This document shows, piece after piece, positions 31,407 to 41,910 of a DNA stretch of 64,000 bases. The stretch spans positions 8,279 to 72,278 of the forward strand of contig CAVPLY010000005.1 of assembly GCA_963706045.1 (NCBI GenBank), read 5' to 3'. The notes under the pieces were generated by a model. The model searched no databases. It was not told where the DNA came from and worked only from the letters and a program-made list of their open reading frames with translations. The first letter of the stretch is position 1, and each line of letters opens with the position of its first letter. A program made the position numbers and the translations under genes. Origin of the DNA: an uncultured Actinomycetota bacterium. GTDB taxonomy: Bacteria; Actinomycetota; Actinomycetes; JAHEKZ01.

Positions 31407-32389
31407 CCAGGTCAAGTCACCGGTCGTCCAGCGACTGCTCGACCCCGACTGGGCTGCCGGCAGCCTCGCCGACGACGTGCGCCGTGGTCTCGGCTCCTTT
31501 CCGCGCACCCTGCCGCCCAAGTGGCTGTACGACGACCGCGGCTCGGCTCTGTTCGATGAGATCACGCGGCTTCCGGAGTACTACCCGACGGAACGAGAGC
31601 GCCACATCCTGAACGAGAACGCCCGCGCGATCGCCAAGGAGTCGACGGCCTCGATCCTCATCGAGCTGGGGAGCGGCACGTCCGACAAGACGCGCACCCT
31701 CCTCGATGCGTTCGTCGCGACTGGGCAGCTCGAACGCTTCGTGCCCGTCGACGTCTCGGAAGCTACGCTCCGTCGCGACCGCCTACGACATCTCTCACGC
31801 CTACCCAGGACTTCAGGTCGAGGCGATCGTCGGCGACTTCACCCTTCATCTTGCTCATTTGCCGCATGGGGGGCCGCGCATGGTGGCGTTCTTGGGCGGG
31901 ACCATTGGCAACCTCTACGTCGAGGAGCGTGCTGCGTTTCTGGGGGCGTTGGCCGACTCCCTCTCAGCTGGTGACTCGTTGTTGCTCGGCTTCGACCTGG
32001 TGAAGGACACGAACCGTCTGATCTCTGCCTACGACGACCCGCAGGGACTGACTGCGGACTTCGTCCTGAACTCCCTTCGGGTGCTCAATCGTGAGCTCGA
32101 TGCCGACTTCGACCTCGACGCCTTCACCTACGTCCCGTTCTGGGACCCGCACATGGAGCGGATGGATCTGAGGCTCCGGTCCGAGATGCCGCAACGGGTA
32201 CGGATTCCAGGTGCGGCGCTCGAGATCGACCTGGGATCAGGCGAGGAGATCCGCGTCGAGATCTCGACGAAGTTTCGACCCGAAGGAATTCGGTCCGAAC
32301 TTGCCGCTGCCGGATTCGACGTCACCGGCACGTACACCGACCCAGGACGCGACTTCGCCGTCGTTCTCGCGAAGCGAACTCCCACGTAG
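31384..32389 (+). pseudogene. egtD: L-histidine N-alpha-methyltransferase EgtD, one frameshift near 31770
   Basis: Residue-by-residue similarity to M. smegmatis EgtD: LPPKWLYDDRGSALFDEITRLPEYYPTERE, ELGSGTSDKTRTLLDA, then in the second frame GDFTLHL, FLGGTIGNL and FDLDAF.... Confidence 0.8.
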
Positions 32390-32491
32390 CGGTAGTTACT
32401 CGGGAGTTGGGGCTTGACGGTCTCTGGGTTCGGGAGCAGATTGTCGAGGCGTCAGGGCGCCGTCCTGCGTCAAATTCACGAGGAGGCCCAC

Positions 32492-33120
32492 GTGAGTCGT
32501 TTCGTCCAGATAATCGAATGGAAGTCGTCCAAGATCGATGAGGTCAGGAAGCTCAACGTGGAGTGGGTGACCGCTTTCCCACCATGGGTCGATCGCGCGT
32601 GCTGCCGTGCTCCGATCGTGAGGACGCGGTGAAGTTCCTGACCATCGTCGAGTTCGCCTCCTACGAAGAGGCGATGAAGAACTCTGCGGACCCAGCAACC
32701 TCGCAGTTTGCCGAGCAAATGGGTGAGTTGTGCGACGGTCCGCCGGCAAACCTCGATGTGCTCGACGAGCAGAACCGGTGGCAAACGATCTTCGGCGCCG
32801 TTGAGACCAACGACACCGGCACTTCACAAGTGACGTATGTGGCGGCGGTTACTGGACCTCGCACCATCTCAGCGACTTACCTACCTACCGTCTTGGGAGA
32901 TCCCGTGACGGGAACGGCGAACTTCGATGTTGCCGAAGCCGTTTCTCAATACATTCCGCCCCAGCCGCGAGCCCTTGTCGGGGTTGGAAACACCCTGGTA
33001 GTTACGCTCTTCGGGCTGGTCATCATCGTCTTCATCATCTTGATCGCCCAGGTGGTGCGGGTGCGCCGGGCTTGTCGGCCGGTGGCTAAGAGATCGGCTG
33101 AGCACGTTCCTGCGACCTGA
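32492..33120 (+). CDS. Hypothetical protein with N-terminal Dabb-like alpha/beta region and a C-terminal transmembrane anchor; probable frameshift near 32600
   Basis: GTG preceded by AGGAGG. The first 45 aa (SRFVQIIEWKSSKIDEVRKLNVEW) are in one frame, and the remainder (VKFLTIVEFASYEEAMK...LVVTLFGLVIIVFIILIAQVV) is in ORF 32563..33120. Confidence 0.4.
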
Positions 33121-33142
33121 TGAGGGGTGATCTGGGCAGTTG

Positions 33143-34426
33143 TCACACGGCATTTGCCAGCCGCTCAACGACGTCCGCTGCCTTCTCTTGTGCCGGAGCC
33201 CCCTGCAGGTTGCGAGAGATTTCCGACATTCGAGCCTTCAGCGCGCTGTCGGCGAGCAGAGTGTCGACCGCTGAGACAATCTCGTCCTGAGTGGCCCCGT
33301 ACGTGTCAAGACGCCGACCGAAGCCCAGCTCTTGCACCCGTTGTGCATTGTCGTACTGGTCCCAGAAGAGCGGGAGGACGATCATCGGCAGTCCGAAGTT
33401 GAAGCCTTCGGTTACGGTGTTGTTTCCCCCATGCGTGATCAACAGGTCGCATTGCGGAAGTATCGACGGCTGCGGCAGGAACTCTCCGCCCCACATCCGC
33501 TCGCCAAGGCGCATCTGCTCGTGCAGCGGACCCATGCTCACGATCACCCGGTGAGGAGTCTGATCGAGGGCGTCAATAAGTCGCTGCATCAGGCTGAGAT
33601 CGTTGCAGCCGAGACTGCCCATGGACAGGTAGACCACCTTCCCGTCGCCAGGCAGAACCGAGTCGACATCGAATGCCTCCTCACCCGTGCGAACCGTGGT
33701 GTCGAGACGTGTCCATGTCGCATCGAGGGGAGTAGCGCGTCTGTAGTCCATGACCTCCGGGAAGAGGTAGAGATTGGCGAAGGGCGAGTTGTACTGGAAA
33801 TGGCCACTCGGCAGCGGGTCGGCACCCACCGAGGTGTTGAAACTACTCAGCTCCTCAATCAGCGGATCGTGAAGGCGCCGGTACTCAGCTTCGAAGTCAG
33901 CCCATTCCGAACGGTCATCAGTGGGGAGGCCGGAGAAGGGTGGTGGCAGGTCAGGGTCTTCCATTTCGAGCGGGTTCGCCGAAACCATCCGGACCCAGGG
34001 CACTCCCGCAAGCGGTACAGCAGCGAACCCCACAACGTTGTCAGAGACAATGACGTCCGGTCGGTGCTCTGCCCAGATTTTCATCAGCCTTTCGTGGGCG
34101 TAGCGCCCGCCGCCAACGAGCTCCTCCCAGATTGGCTTGATCACGGTCGCGAGCTGTTCAATCGTCGGCTTGCGAAACTCGGGGGCGGTAGCCCGGATGA
34201 ACTCGGCCCACCCCTCCCCTGCTGCCTCCGGGTTCTCCGGCGCTGGCCCAAGCCGCATCAGCGCCTCGTCGAATCCCCTACTAGTCAACTTGCCTTCAAA
34301 AGACTCCTCGACAACGAACAGGCACCTCGTCCCACGGGAACGGAGCGTCTCGGCGATGGCCACCAAGTTGTTCGTAGGACCCCAAGCCCCAGGCTCAGGA
34401 AAGAAGGCAACCGTCCTTTGCGACAT
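33143..34426 (-). CDS. Family 1 glycosyltransferase (MGT/UDP-glycosyltransferase type)
   Basis: C-terminal UDP-sugar-binding motif region (LLITHGGNNTVTEGFNFGLPMIVLPLFWDQYDNA). GGAGGGAG Shine-Dalgarno upstream. Confidence 0.85.
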   Translation of the reverse strand: MSQRTVAFFPEPGAWGPTNNLVAIAETLRSRGTRCLFVVEESFEGKLTSRGFDEALMRLGPAPENPEAAGEGWAEFIRATAPEFRKPTIEQLATVIKPIWEELVGGGRYAHERLMKIWAEHRPDVIVSDNVVGFAAVPLAGVPWVRMVSANPLEMEDPDLPPPFSGLPTDDRSEWADFEAEYRRLHDPLIEELSSFNTSVGADPLPSGHFQYNSPFANLYLFPEVMDYRRATPLDATWTRLDTTVRTGEEAFDVDSVLPGDGKVVYLSMGSLGCNDLSLMQRLIDALDQTPHRVIVSMGPLHEQMRLGERMWGGEFLPQPSILPQCDLLITHGGNNTVTEGFNFGLPMIVLPLFWDQYDNAQRVQELGFGRRLDTYGATQDEIVSAVDTLLADSALKARMSEISRNLQGAPAQEKAADVVERLANAV

Positions 34427-34547
34427 GTGCGTCTCCCTCCACCGCGACATTGCACGGCTCGTACGGGATACAACGAACTCCGGATCCTAGTGGAGGGCGT
34501 CGGACATCAGACGTCCTCAGTCGCCGTCACCAGCCAACCCTGCTGCT

Positions 34548-34802
34548 TCACGCCTGCCGCCACCGCGACCAGGCGGCCTGCTTGGTGGTTCCGGCGACGT
34601 CGGCCACCTGGGACCACGACCCATTCTCGGCGAGTGTGCGCGCCGAAATCCCTAGGCACTTCCCCACCTCTTCACTGACTCGAAGCAACTCTTCGAACGC
34701 TTCGAGATCGGGACGAGTTGCCAAGTCGCGCAGCGCACGCACCACAAGGTCACCGATCTGGTCGACCGACTGAGTACCTGCTTGCTCACGACGCTGTGTC
34801 AT
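34548..34802 (-). CDS. Small helix-turn-helix protein (hypothetical regulator)
   Basis: 84 aa with a C-terminal helix-turn-helix-like segment (SWSQVADVAGTTKQAAWSRW). The N-terminal 45 aa are paralogous to the N-terminus of the adjacent C45 hydrolase. Confidence 0.45.
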   Translation of the reverse strand: MTQRREQAGTQSVDQIGDLVVRALRDLATRPDLEAFEELLRVSEEVGKCLGISARTLAENGSWSQVADVAGTTKQAAWSRWRQA

Positions 34803-34856
34803 GCCTCCACTGTCTACTGCAACGCGACCTGGGACAAGTCGCAGTGGACACGTTTC

Positions 34857-36122
34857 CTACCGAAGCCGAACCCTGATCTCGTCCTCCGCCGACGCGAAAG
34901 TACGACTCCACGTCGCGCCAGGCCAGCGATACGTAACCACCCCGTCGTCCGGTCGGTAGTCCGCGGTGTACAAGGTGCCGAAGCCGTTTTCAAAGTCGGT
35001 GCTTCGCAGCGACGGGGACAAGAACTCCTCCGCTGCAACGTCCGCAGGTCGCGATTCTCGGTCGAGCCGGCGCAGCACGTCCTGGCGTTCGACACTCCGG
35101 AACCTGCGCGCTAGGTCGGGTCGGTCTGGCACAAGTCCACGGTGGTTAGTCGCCAACGGCATGTCGAAGTACTCCGGGGCGCGTCCCGGAGCCACGAACG
35201 CGGTGACCACGACCCCTGACCGATCGGTCAACGTCAGGTTGTAGCTAGCGGCGACGGGCATCCGATCGATGACGCGGCGCGCATCGGCGACGCTGTCACA
35301 CACCTCCAGGAGATAGCGCAGGACCAGAGGAATAGCGAAACCGTCGCCGGTTCCTGGCAGCCCTCCGAACGTCAACGAGACTGCCAGACCCCGGTCGTTC
35401 GTCCCGTCCAATAGGCCCCACAGACAGTCGCTGGTACCGATGACGCGTCGTTCACCCCATCTGGTCGACATGCTGACACCTTCGAAGAGGGCAGGGTCGT
35501 AGTCGTAGTTGCGCAGCAGGGCCCGGTGCTGTCCGGATGCCACGAGCTGCGAGCACCCCGGTGCGAAAGCCGGCGGGTTCCACAGCGCGAGCATCCGCGC
35601 AACGTCACTGTCGTTACCGGCCAACGTGACGAGGTGCTGCCACATCGGGAGGAGCTCCGGCATGTGTTGCCTGAGGGCTGACCGGGACTCCGAGAGCGTG
35701 GACCGGCGATCCCAGCCTTCAGAGGCATGCCACGCCCGGTATGACGGCCAAGTCGCCTCGAGCAATGCGCTCCACGCCGGACCGGGACGATCCTCCTGGA
35801 TCCCGGTCATGGTGAGGACCACGGGGACGGGAGCTGCCGCTGGTTCCACCAGCGAAGAGCGCCGCACGGCGCTGGTCCGGCACTCCGCAGCACTCGAGGC
35901 AGGTGGTGCCGTGCGGGGCTGCGCGCGGGTGGGTCGCGTCCTGGGGGAAGCTCCGAGGCAGCGACCGAGGTCACCCATGGATCGGCCCAGGTGCTCGAGA
36001 GTCCGCAGCAGCTGTGCTGCCTCATGGTCGGTGCGTCGACCCAGCTCGTCACAGACCGACGTGAGGTGGCTGGCGAGTTCAGGCGTCGTGAGGGATGTGA
36101 TTGCTGGGTGCTCAGTTGTCAT
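34857..36122 (-). CDS. C45-family (acyl-CoA:6-APA acyltransferase-like) Ntn-hydrolase with an extra N-terminal helical domain
   Basis: The central and C-terminal region (CSQLVASGQHRALLRNYDYDP...GLLDGTNDRGLAVSLTFGG) fits the C45/choloylglycine-hydrolase-like fold. Confidence 0.65.
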   Translation of the reverse strand: MTTEHPAITSLTTPELASHLTSVCDELGRRTDHEAAQLLRTLEHLGRSMGDLGRCLGASPRTRPTRAQPRTAPPASSAAECRTSAVRRSSLVEPAAAPVPVVLTMTGIQEDRPGPAWSALLEATWPSYRAWHASEGWDRRSTLSESRSALRQHMPELLPMWQHLVTLAGNDSDVARMLALWNPPAFAPGCSQLVASGQHRALLRNYDYDPALFEGVSMSTRWGERRVIGTSDCLWGLLDGTNDRGLAVSLTFGGLPGTGDGFAIPLVLRYLLEVCDSVADARRVIDRMPVAASYNLTLTDRSGVVVTAFVAPGRAPEYFDMPLATNHRGLVPDRPDLARRFRSVERQDVLRRLDRESRPADVAAEEFLSPSLRSTDFENGFGTLYTADYRPDDGVVTYRWPGATWSRTFASAEDEIRVRLR

Positions 36123-36235
36123 GCCGTCAAGTTTGCCTTGACGGCATGATCTTCGTCAACTTTCCCTTGACGATGCATGTTGGTCACGCCGGGGAGCACA
36201 TCCTCCGAGCGAACGACAGATCGAACGACAGATAC

Positions 36236-38246
36236 CTACTCGCGAGCGAACGGGACGCCGAGACACACATCGGCATCGGCCTCGCGCGCGTAGCGGTGTC
36301 CCGAGTAGACGGCAGTCGCGATCGTTCCCGGAGCAAGACAGTCGCCGATGCGCTGGATGGGAATGTGCTCGTTCAGCGCGTGGTAGAGGGCGTCCACGGG
36401 CTCGCGGGACGTGACCATCACCACGTTCGCGGCCTCGACCTCTCTGGCGGCCCCGGTATGGATGGACTCGAGCGTCACCGAGCCCTCGTTGACACGGGCC
36501 AAGGCCATTCCCGTTTCGACGTGCGATGCCGAGCCCGAGGATCCTCGCCTGGATTCGATGCTGCTCGTCGGTGTACGTCGTCCAGGTCGAAACCTCATTC
36601 GCGGGCGTTACCAGGGTGACCTCGAGGCCAGCGCGCCGCAGGGCTTCGGCGATGACCCCGCCGAGGTAGTAGTGGTCGTCGTCAAACACGACCACAGGTC
36701 CGCTCGGCATCGTCCCAGCCATGATGTCGTCCGGGGTGAGGACACTTGGCGAGTCCGATCCCGGTATCGCCGACGTATGCCACCGACCGAGGCCATCTCT
36801 TCGCCACTTGGCGCCCGTTGCGACCACCACGCGGTCGGGAGCGAACTCGAGGATCTGTTCGGCGTCGATAGTGCTGTCGAGGTAGACCTCGACGTTCGCC
36901 AGCTTCTCGATCTGGTTGAGCCGCCAATCGCGGACCCGCGCCCACTGACCAAGCCCTGGCAACGACGACTCAAGCGTGACCCGACCCCCAAGCGATCTGC
37001 GGGCCTCCGCCAGGGCGACGTCGTAGCCGCGCTTGCCGAGTGACACCGCCGCTTCGAGACCTGCGGGGCCTCCCCCGACGATCAGGATCCTCGCGTCCGA
37101 CCCCCTCACCGGGATGCGCTCGGGATGCCAGCCCTTCCGCCACTCCTCGCCCATCGTGGGGTTCTGTGTGCAACGGATCGGGGTGCCCGTCTGGTCGCCC
37201 GTGTAGCAGATGTTGCACCCGATGCATTCGCGGATCTCGTCGTCGCGTCCTTCGGCGATCTTCTGGGGCAGGAACGGATCAGCAATCGAAGGACGTGCCG
37301 CGCCCACGAGATCGATGACGCCGTCACGCACGAGCCGCAGCATCGTCTCTGGCGAGGTGAAGCGCCCCACGCTGACGACGGGTTTGCTTGTCACGCTCTT
37401 GACCCATGACGTCGTCGCCTCGAGTGCAGCTTCAGGGGTGAACCGCGATGTCCCCATCTCAATGCTGTAGTCGTGCACTGTGATGTCCCACAGATCCGGA
37501 AGATCCGCCATGAGCGCCAACATCTCCCTGGGCTCCTGCGTGTCCTGATCGTCGTCGTCACCACCGGTGCTCGCGGAGAAGCGCACCGCCACCGCACACG
37601 TGTCCCCGATGGCTTCCTTCGTTTCCACGATCAGTTCTCGTAGGAGCCTGGCCCGGTTCTCGAGTGAGCCGCCGTACTCGTCGGTTCGCTGGTTGGAGGG
37701 CAGCAGGAACTGCCGAATCAGATACTGGTGCGCTGCATAGACATAGACGATGTCGAATCCAGCTCGCTGTGCTCGTCGTGCCGCATCGACGTGCCAGCGT
37801 TTGAACTCCCGGATATCGGCCTTGTCCATCGCTCGGGTCTGAACGGGGTCGTAGACACCAGCCGGAACGCTGGCCGGGCCGAGCGGGGCTTCACGCGAAT
37901 AGTGGTTTGCACTCGAGGCCCCCCCATGCCAGAGCTCGACGCCGGCGAGAGCGCCGTGGGCGTGGACCTTGTCGACCATGAGCGCGTGGCGATCGATGTC
38001 CTGGTCATCCCACAAGGAGGCGGAAGGATACGGCTCGTCATCGGACGATGGGTGAATCGAGCAGTATTCGGTGCACACGGTGCCCCACCCACCCTCGGCC
38101 TTCACCTCGCGCATCCCGGCGAGAGTCTGAGGCCGTCGGTATCCCATGCCCGTGCAGTGGGGAACCTGGTAGAAGCGGTTCGGGGCCGTCACCGGTCCAA
38201 TGCGAACCGGCTCGAAGAGGACGTCGAAGCGAGGATCGCGCGGCAT
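36236..38246 (-). pseudogene. Old-Yellow-Enzyme-type NADH:flavin oxidoreductase fused to an FAD/NAD(P)-binding domain (2,4-dienoyl-CoA reductase-like); frameshift near the C-terminus at about 36600
   Basis: OYE TIM-barrel N-terminus (FEPVRIGPVTAPNRFYQVPHCTGMG), 4Fe-4S cysteines (CIGCNICY) and Rossmann region (ILIVGGGPAGLEAAVSLG). The final ~100 aa of ORF 36156..38246 are Arg-rich junk. The true C-terminus (VDALYHALNEHIPIQRIGDC...) lies in ORF 36236..36598 in another frame. Confidence 0.8.
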
Positions 38247-38481
38247 GTTCGCCCTCCGAGGGTGTGTGGCCCAGCGAACTTATCAACCCCGCACACCCCA
38301 CCAGTCGTTCTGGACGGGACCAGCGACTCCAGCACTCGCCAACCTTCCGCTCCAACATGTCGGTGATCATGTCAGTTGATTCCCCACAGCCCCGCTTCAT
38401 TGCTAGGTTCACCGAACGCACAGACATCGGCGGCAGCCCAAGAAAGTCCGCAGCGGTCAGCACTCAAGGAGGTGGTGAAAG

Positions 38482-39285
38482 GTGAATGTGGACCCCAGCG
38501 GAGCGTCAGCGCCGACAGTCACGAGGCTGTTCACGACCCCAATCAAGGGGTTCACGCTGGGCCAACCTGCAAGCGTCACCCTGGGGAGAAACGGGGCAGA
38601 GGGCGATCGTGACTTCTTCGTCATTGACAGCAACCAGGAGCTCCTGTCGATTACGAGGACAGGTGCCTTTGGGGGTTGGCAGGCTCAGTTTGATCGAGAC
38701 CAAGGTGTCCTGACCCTCGTGTCCTCCGATGGCCGCGTCCTCGAAGACAAGGTCGTCAGGGGTGCTGATGCAGTGGTCGACTTCTGGGGGTCACATGAAG
38801 TCCCAGGTCACATCGTGGATGGCCCTTGGTCGGTCTGGCTGTCTGAGATCGCGGGCCAATCGGTCGACTTGGTGCGCGCGACAGAGCCGGGTGGAGCCAA
38901 CGATGAGACGGCTGTCACGGTGGTCTCGGAGGAGTCCGTCGCTGAGCTGGGGCGAGTGACCAACACCGGGGCGATCGACATCCGCCGATTCCGGATGCTC
39001 ATCAACATCTCCGGTGTTGATTCCTACGAAGAGGAGACCTGGCGCCCCGCCACCGTGCGTATCGGTTCTGCCTTGCTGAAGATGCGGGGCCCGGTGCCTC
39101 GGTGCAACGCCACGACCCGGAATCCTGACACGGGAGAGAAGGACCTGAAGACGCTGCGACTCATCGCCGAGGGCCGCGGGATGCAGCCGGATGAGTTTGG
39201 CGAAGAAGGACTCAATCTGGGCGCTTACGCCGAGGTCGTTGAGCCTGGCGTCGTAAGCGTGGGTGACCGGGTCGAGTTGGTCTAG
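38482..39285 (+). CDS. MOSC domain protein (MOSC_N beta-barrel plus MOSC)
   Basis: RLFTTPIKGFTLGQ is the MOSC_N start. C-terminal MOSC region with the conserved Cys (RGPVPRCNATTRNPDTGEKD). Confidence 0.8.
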   Translation: MNVDPSGASAPTVTRLFTTPIKGFTLGQPASVTLGRNGAEGDRDFFVIDSNQELLSITRTGAFGGWQAQFDRDQGVLTLVSSDGRVLEDKVVRGADAVVDFWGSHEVPGHIVDGPWSVWLSEIAGQSVDLVRATEPGGANDETAVTVVSEESVAELGRVTNTGAIDIRRFRMLINISGVDSYEEETWRPATVRIGSALLKMRGPVPRCNATTRNPDTGEKDLKTLRLIAEGRGMQPDEFGEEGLNLGAYAEVVEPGVVSVGDRVELV

Positions 39286-39374
39286 TCCTCGACATCAATC
39301 CCGGATCAGTACACATTGCGGTGCCCTGGGAATGAGTCGGTGGGGGCGCCTGTTCCCCCACGAGACGACCAAGG

Positions 39375-40124
39375 TTGACCGTGATGGTGAGAAGGGAACT
39401 TGCGGTGCGCGTCTCCGGATTGTGGCGCTACCCGGTCAAGTCACTGGGGGGTGAGACCCTCCAGTCCGCCGAGCTGACTCTCGATGGAGTTGCGGGGGAC
39501 CGGGTGGTACACGTAAGCGGTCCCCGAGGACCACTGACCGGACGGACGCGGTACGGCCTTCTCACGGTCCCGGCGAGCACCGGATCAGATGGTGTTCCGT
39601 ATGTCGCTGGTCATCGCTGGGACTCTGATGAGGCGGCCGAAATCATCAGCCAGAACGGCGGACTGGGCGCGCGGCTCGTCGCAGACGAAGGGCCAGACCG
39701 CTTCGATGTACTCAACCTCCTCGTCGCCACCGACGGAGCGGTTGAACGATTTGGCCATGACGTCCGCAGACTGCGACCGAACCTGCTGCTCGCTGGTGTA
39801 CCAGCCGACATTGAGCCCACGATGCCTGGTCAGGCCATCGCCATTGGGGACGCACTGATCGGCGTCCACTCGGTCCGTGGCCGATGCGTTGTCACGTCGA
39901 TCGACCCAGACTCCGGCGAGCAGGACATGGATGTCTTCCGCCGGATTCACACCGTGTTCGGGGGAGAGTTGGCACTCAACTCTTGGGTCATCCGACCAGG
40001 CACGGTTCGCGTAGGTGATGAGGCAAGCCTGGTGGCCCTCGAGGCCGAGCCAGTTCACCTCGGCGGTTGGGTTGTCGGTGCTCCCTACCCGCACGCGACC
40101 GAGAGCCCGCGCCGGCGGTCGTAG
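39375..40124 (+). CDS. MOSC domain protein (second tandem paralogue)
   Basis: LWRYPVKSLGGE is the MOSC_N start. VRGRCVVTSIDPDSGEQD contains the conserved MOSC cysteine. Confidence 0.75.
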   Translation: MTVMVRRELAVRVSGLWRYPVKSLGGETLQSAELTLDGVAGDRVVHVSGPRGPLTGRTRYGLLTVPASTGSDGVPYVAGHRWDSDEAAEIISQNGGLGARLVADEGPDRFDVLNLLVATDGAVERFGHDVRRLRPNLLLAGVPADIEPTMPGQAIAIGDALIGVHSVRGRCVVTSIDPDSGEQDMDVFRRIHTVFGGELALNSWVIRPGTVRVGDEASLVALEAEPVHLGGWVVGAPYPHATESPRRRS

Positions 40125-40189
40125 GCAGCTGTTACGACTGAACACCACCTCGTGCCGCCCTCGCCCAAAACGCCTAGGCACGCCACACG

Positions 40190-40300
40190 TGGCGGCGGCC
40201 ATCGACGGACAACAGCCACCGCCCCAAGTGGCTGCTTGATTCCCCCGCTTCCACCAAGTCGCGACATCTCGCTCAACCGCGCCCGCTCGCACGACGGATC
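40190..40300. mobile_element. Scar: about 110-bp remnant homologous to the 3' flank of the IS transposase fragments at 49430-49560 and 50960-51090
   Basis: catcgacGgacaacagCcaccGccccaagtGgctgc... aligns with catcgacCgacaacagTcgccAccccaagtAgctgc... at 49430 and with the end of ORF 50447..51007. Confidence 0.5.
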
Positions 40301-40310
40301 AGCCGGCCGG

Positions 40311-40348
40311 GGGCCTGCCTGATCCGCGCGATCAGTTCTTCGTGGAGC
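40311..40348. repeat. 37-bp diverged duplicate of the LuxR gene's 5' coding region (second copy at 46054-46090 inside the LuxR CDS)
   Basis: ggccTgcctgatccgcgcgatcagttcttcgtggagc versus ggccCgcctgatccgcgcgatcagttcttcgtggagc. On the minus strand it encodes LHEELIARIR. Contains the 17-bp near-palindrome ctgatccgcgcgatcag. Confidence 0.6.
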
Positions 40349-40371
40349 AGACGGTCGATCTGCCAGATACC

Positions 40372-41775
40372 TCAGGCAGTAGCCGCGAGACGACCGGCCT
40401 CGGCTCGGTCCGCGGCGGCTTGCGCGCGGTCGCCCAGCTGTTCAGCGAGCGTCGCCTGCTTGAGCCAGTTGTAGGGACTGCACGGCTTGAGGTTGATGCG
40501 TTCACTGAGGAGCTGTCGTGACTGGGCAGATCGGCCGCTGCGCAGGGCGGCCTCGAGCAGGGTGCGCTGGATCGCGTCCCGTTGCGCGTGGCTACCTCCG
40601 AACTCATTGAACCTGTAGCGCAGGGGCATCAGCGCGTCGACGACGGCGTCGTAGTGTCCCGCCCCGAAGTCGAGCATCGCCTTGCACACAGGCAGCCCGA
40701 TTTCGCGAGTCATGGTTGCGTTAGTCACTGCGTCCGGAGCAGTAGCCAGCCAGCTCTCGCGGTCCTGGATCAAGCGTTCTGCGCGGTCGAAACTACCTGC
40801 GCCGACGTAGGACATGACGGCGTGCATGTCGTTGAACGCGTAGCAGGGAGTTTGCATGGCGGGCACCCAAGCATCTGCGAGAGTGCGCCACCGCTCAGTC
40901 TGGTCATCACCCTCTAGATAGAGCCGCCACAGCAGGGCGGCGGCATCGAGCATCTCCATCGCCAGGCCAGCCGACTCGTCGTTGTTGATGACGGAATCGA
41001 AGATTCTGAGTACCCGCTCACGGTCTCCGACCTCGAGCCCAAATAGGCAGCGGTGCCACCAGTTGTGCACGTTGAGGAAGTTCCCGGTGCCCCAGTCGTC
41101 AGTACGGTCATCGAGGTACGAGATCCCCAGGTCGAAGCGTCCCTGCATCTCATAGGTATGCACCACCGCGTGGATACCCCAGACATCGGTCGGGTCCGCT
41201 GCCACGGCGGCAAGGCCGACGTCCTCGGATCGGTCGTAATGACCGGCTTCCTCCAATCCAAAGGAGTACATGCCCAGCAGCTGTGCTCGGTGGGGTTCGT
41301 CGTCGCCCCACGCCGTGAGCGCGCCTCCGACCCGGTCCCGCAGCGAGGTCGCGTCACCGGAGAAGAAGTCAGCTTGGTGACCAACGGCGAGGGCCAGCAC
41401 GTCGCGTGGGTAGGCGACGGTGAGATCGCGAAGGAGTGCCCCGGCTCCTTTCAAGTTTCCGTCCAACCACGCCTGCGCAGCCTCGACGTGCCTGTGCTCT
41501 CGATCGCCCAAGACTGTCTCGTCGGCGCCGGCCCGCCAGCTCACAAAGGCCGTTCGAGCTGCTTGGGTGTCGGCGGCCTCAGTGCCCAGAACGCCGAGGT
41601 AGGCACTGAACACCTGGGCCATCGCCATGTTCGGGTCGACCTCTAGGGCTGCCGCCAATTCGTCGCCCACGGCTGGCCGGAAATGTAGAAGGTGGTCTAT
41701 CGCCGTGTCGTAGTGAGCGACCGCCGCGACATCGGTGGGACCTAAGCCATTGCCGTGTTGATCCGTGTTCGCCAT
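40372..41775 (-). CDS. Tetratricopeptide-repeat (TPR) protein
   Basis: 467 aa of helical repeats from the ATG at 41775 (MANTDQHG...), with an AGGAGC Shine-Dalgarno upstream. The upstream 63 codons of ORF 40372..41964 are discarded. Confidence 0.7.
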   Translation of the reverse strand: MANTDQHGNGLGPTDVAAVAHYDTAIDHLLHFRPAVGDELAAALEVDPNMAMAQVFSAYLGVLGTEAADTQAARTAFVSWRAGADETVLGDREHRHVEAAQAWLDGNLKGAGALLRDLTVAYPRDVLALAVGHQADFFSGDATSLRDRVGGALTAWGDDEPHRAQLLGMYSFGLEEAGHYDRSEDVGLAAVAADPTDVWGIHAVVHTYEMQGRFDLGISYLDDRTDDWGTGNFLNVHNWWHRCLFGLEVGDRERVLRIFDSVINNDESAGLAMEMLDAAALLWRLYLEGDDQTERWRTLADAWVPAMQTPCYAFNDMHAVMSYVGAGSFDRAERLIQDRESWLATAPDAVTNATMTREIGLPVCKAMLDFGAGHYDAVVDALMPLRYRFNEFGGSHAQRDAIQRTLLEAALRSGRSAQSRQLLSERINLKPCSPYNWLKQATLAEQLGDRAQAAADRAEAGRLAATA

Positions 41776-41910
41776 GGCCGGGATTCTGCTCCTGATGCGG
41801 CAAGATAGCGAGGCTCCCGGGGTCCGCCCTTCCGGTCCCGCGTCAAACGGCCACCACCCAGGGAGATTTCGACGCTGGTAGGACGTGCGGAGGGCCACTA
41901 CAGTGCTGCG

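Noticed and set aside
36156-36235. C-terminal about 100 aa of ORF 36156..38246 (ARRNGNGLGPCQRGLGDARVHPYRGRQRGRGRERG...)
   Set aside because: Arg/Gly-rich nonsense. The genuine reductase C-terminus is in ORF 36236..36598, so the tail is an out-of-frame read-through after a frameshift.
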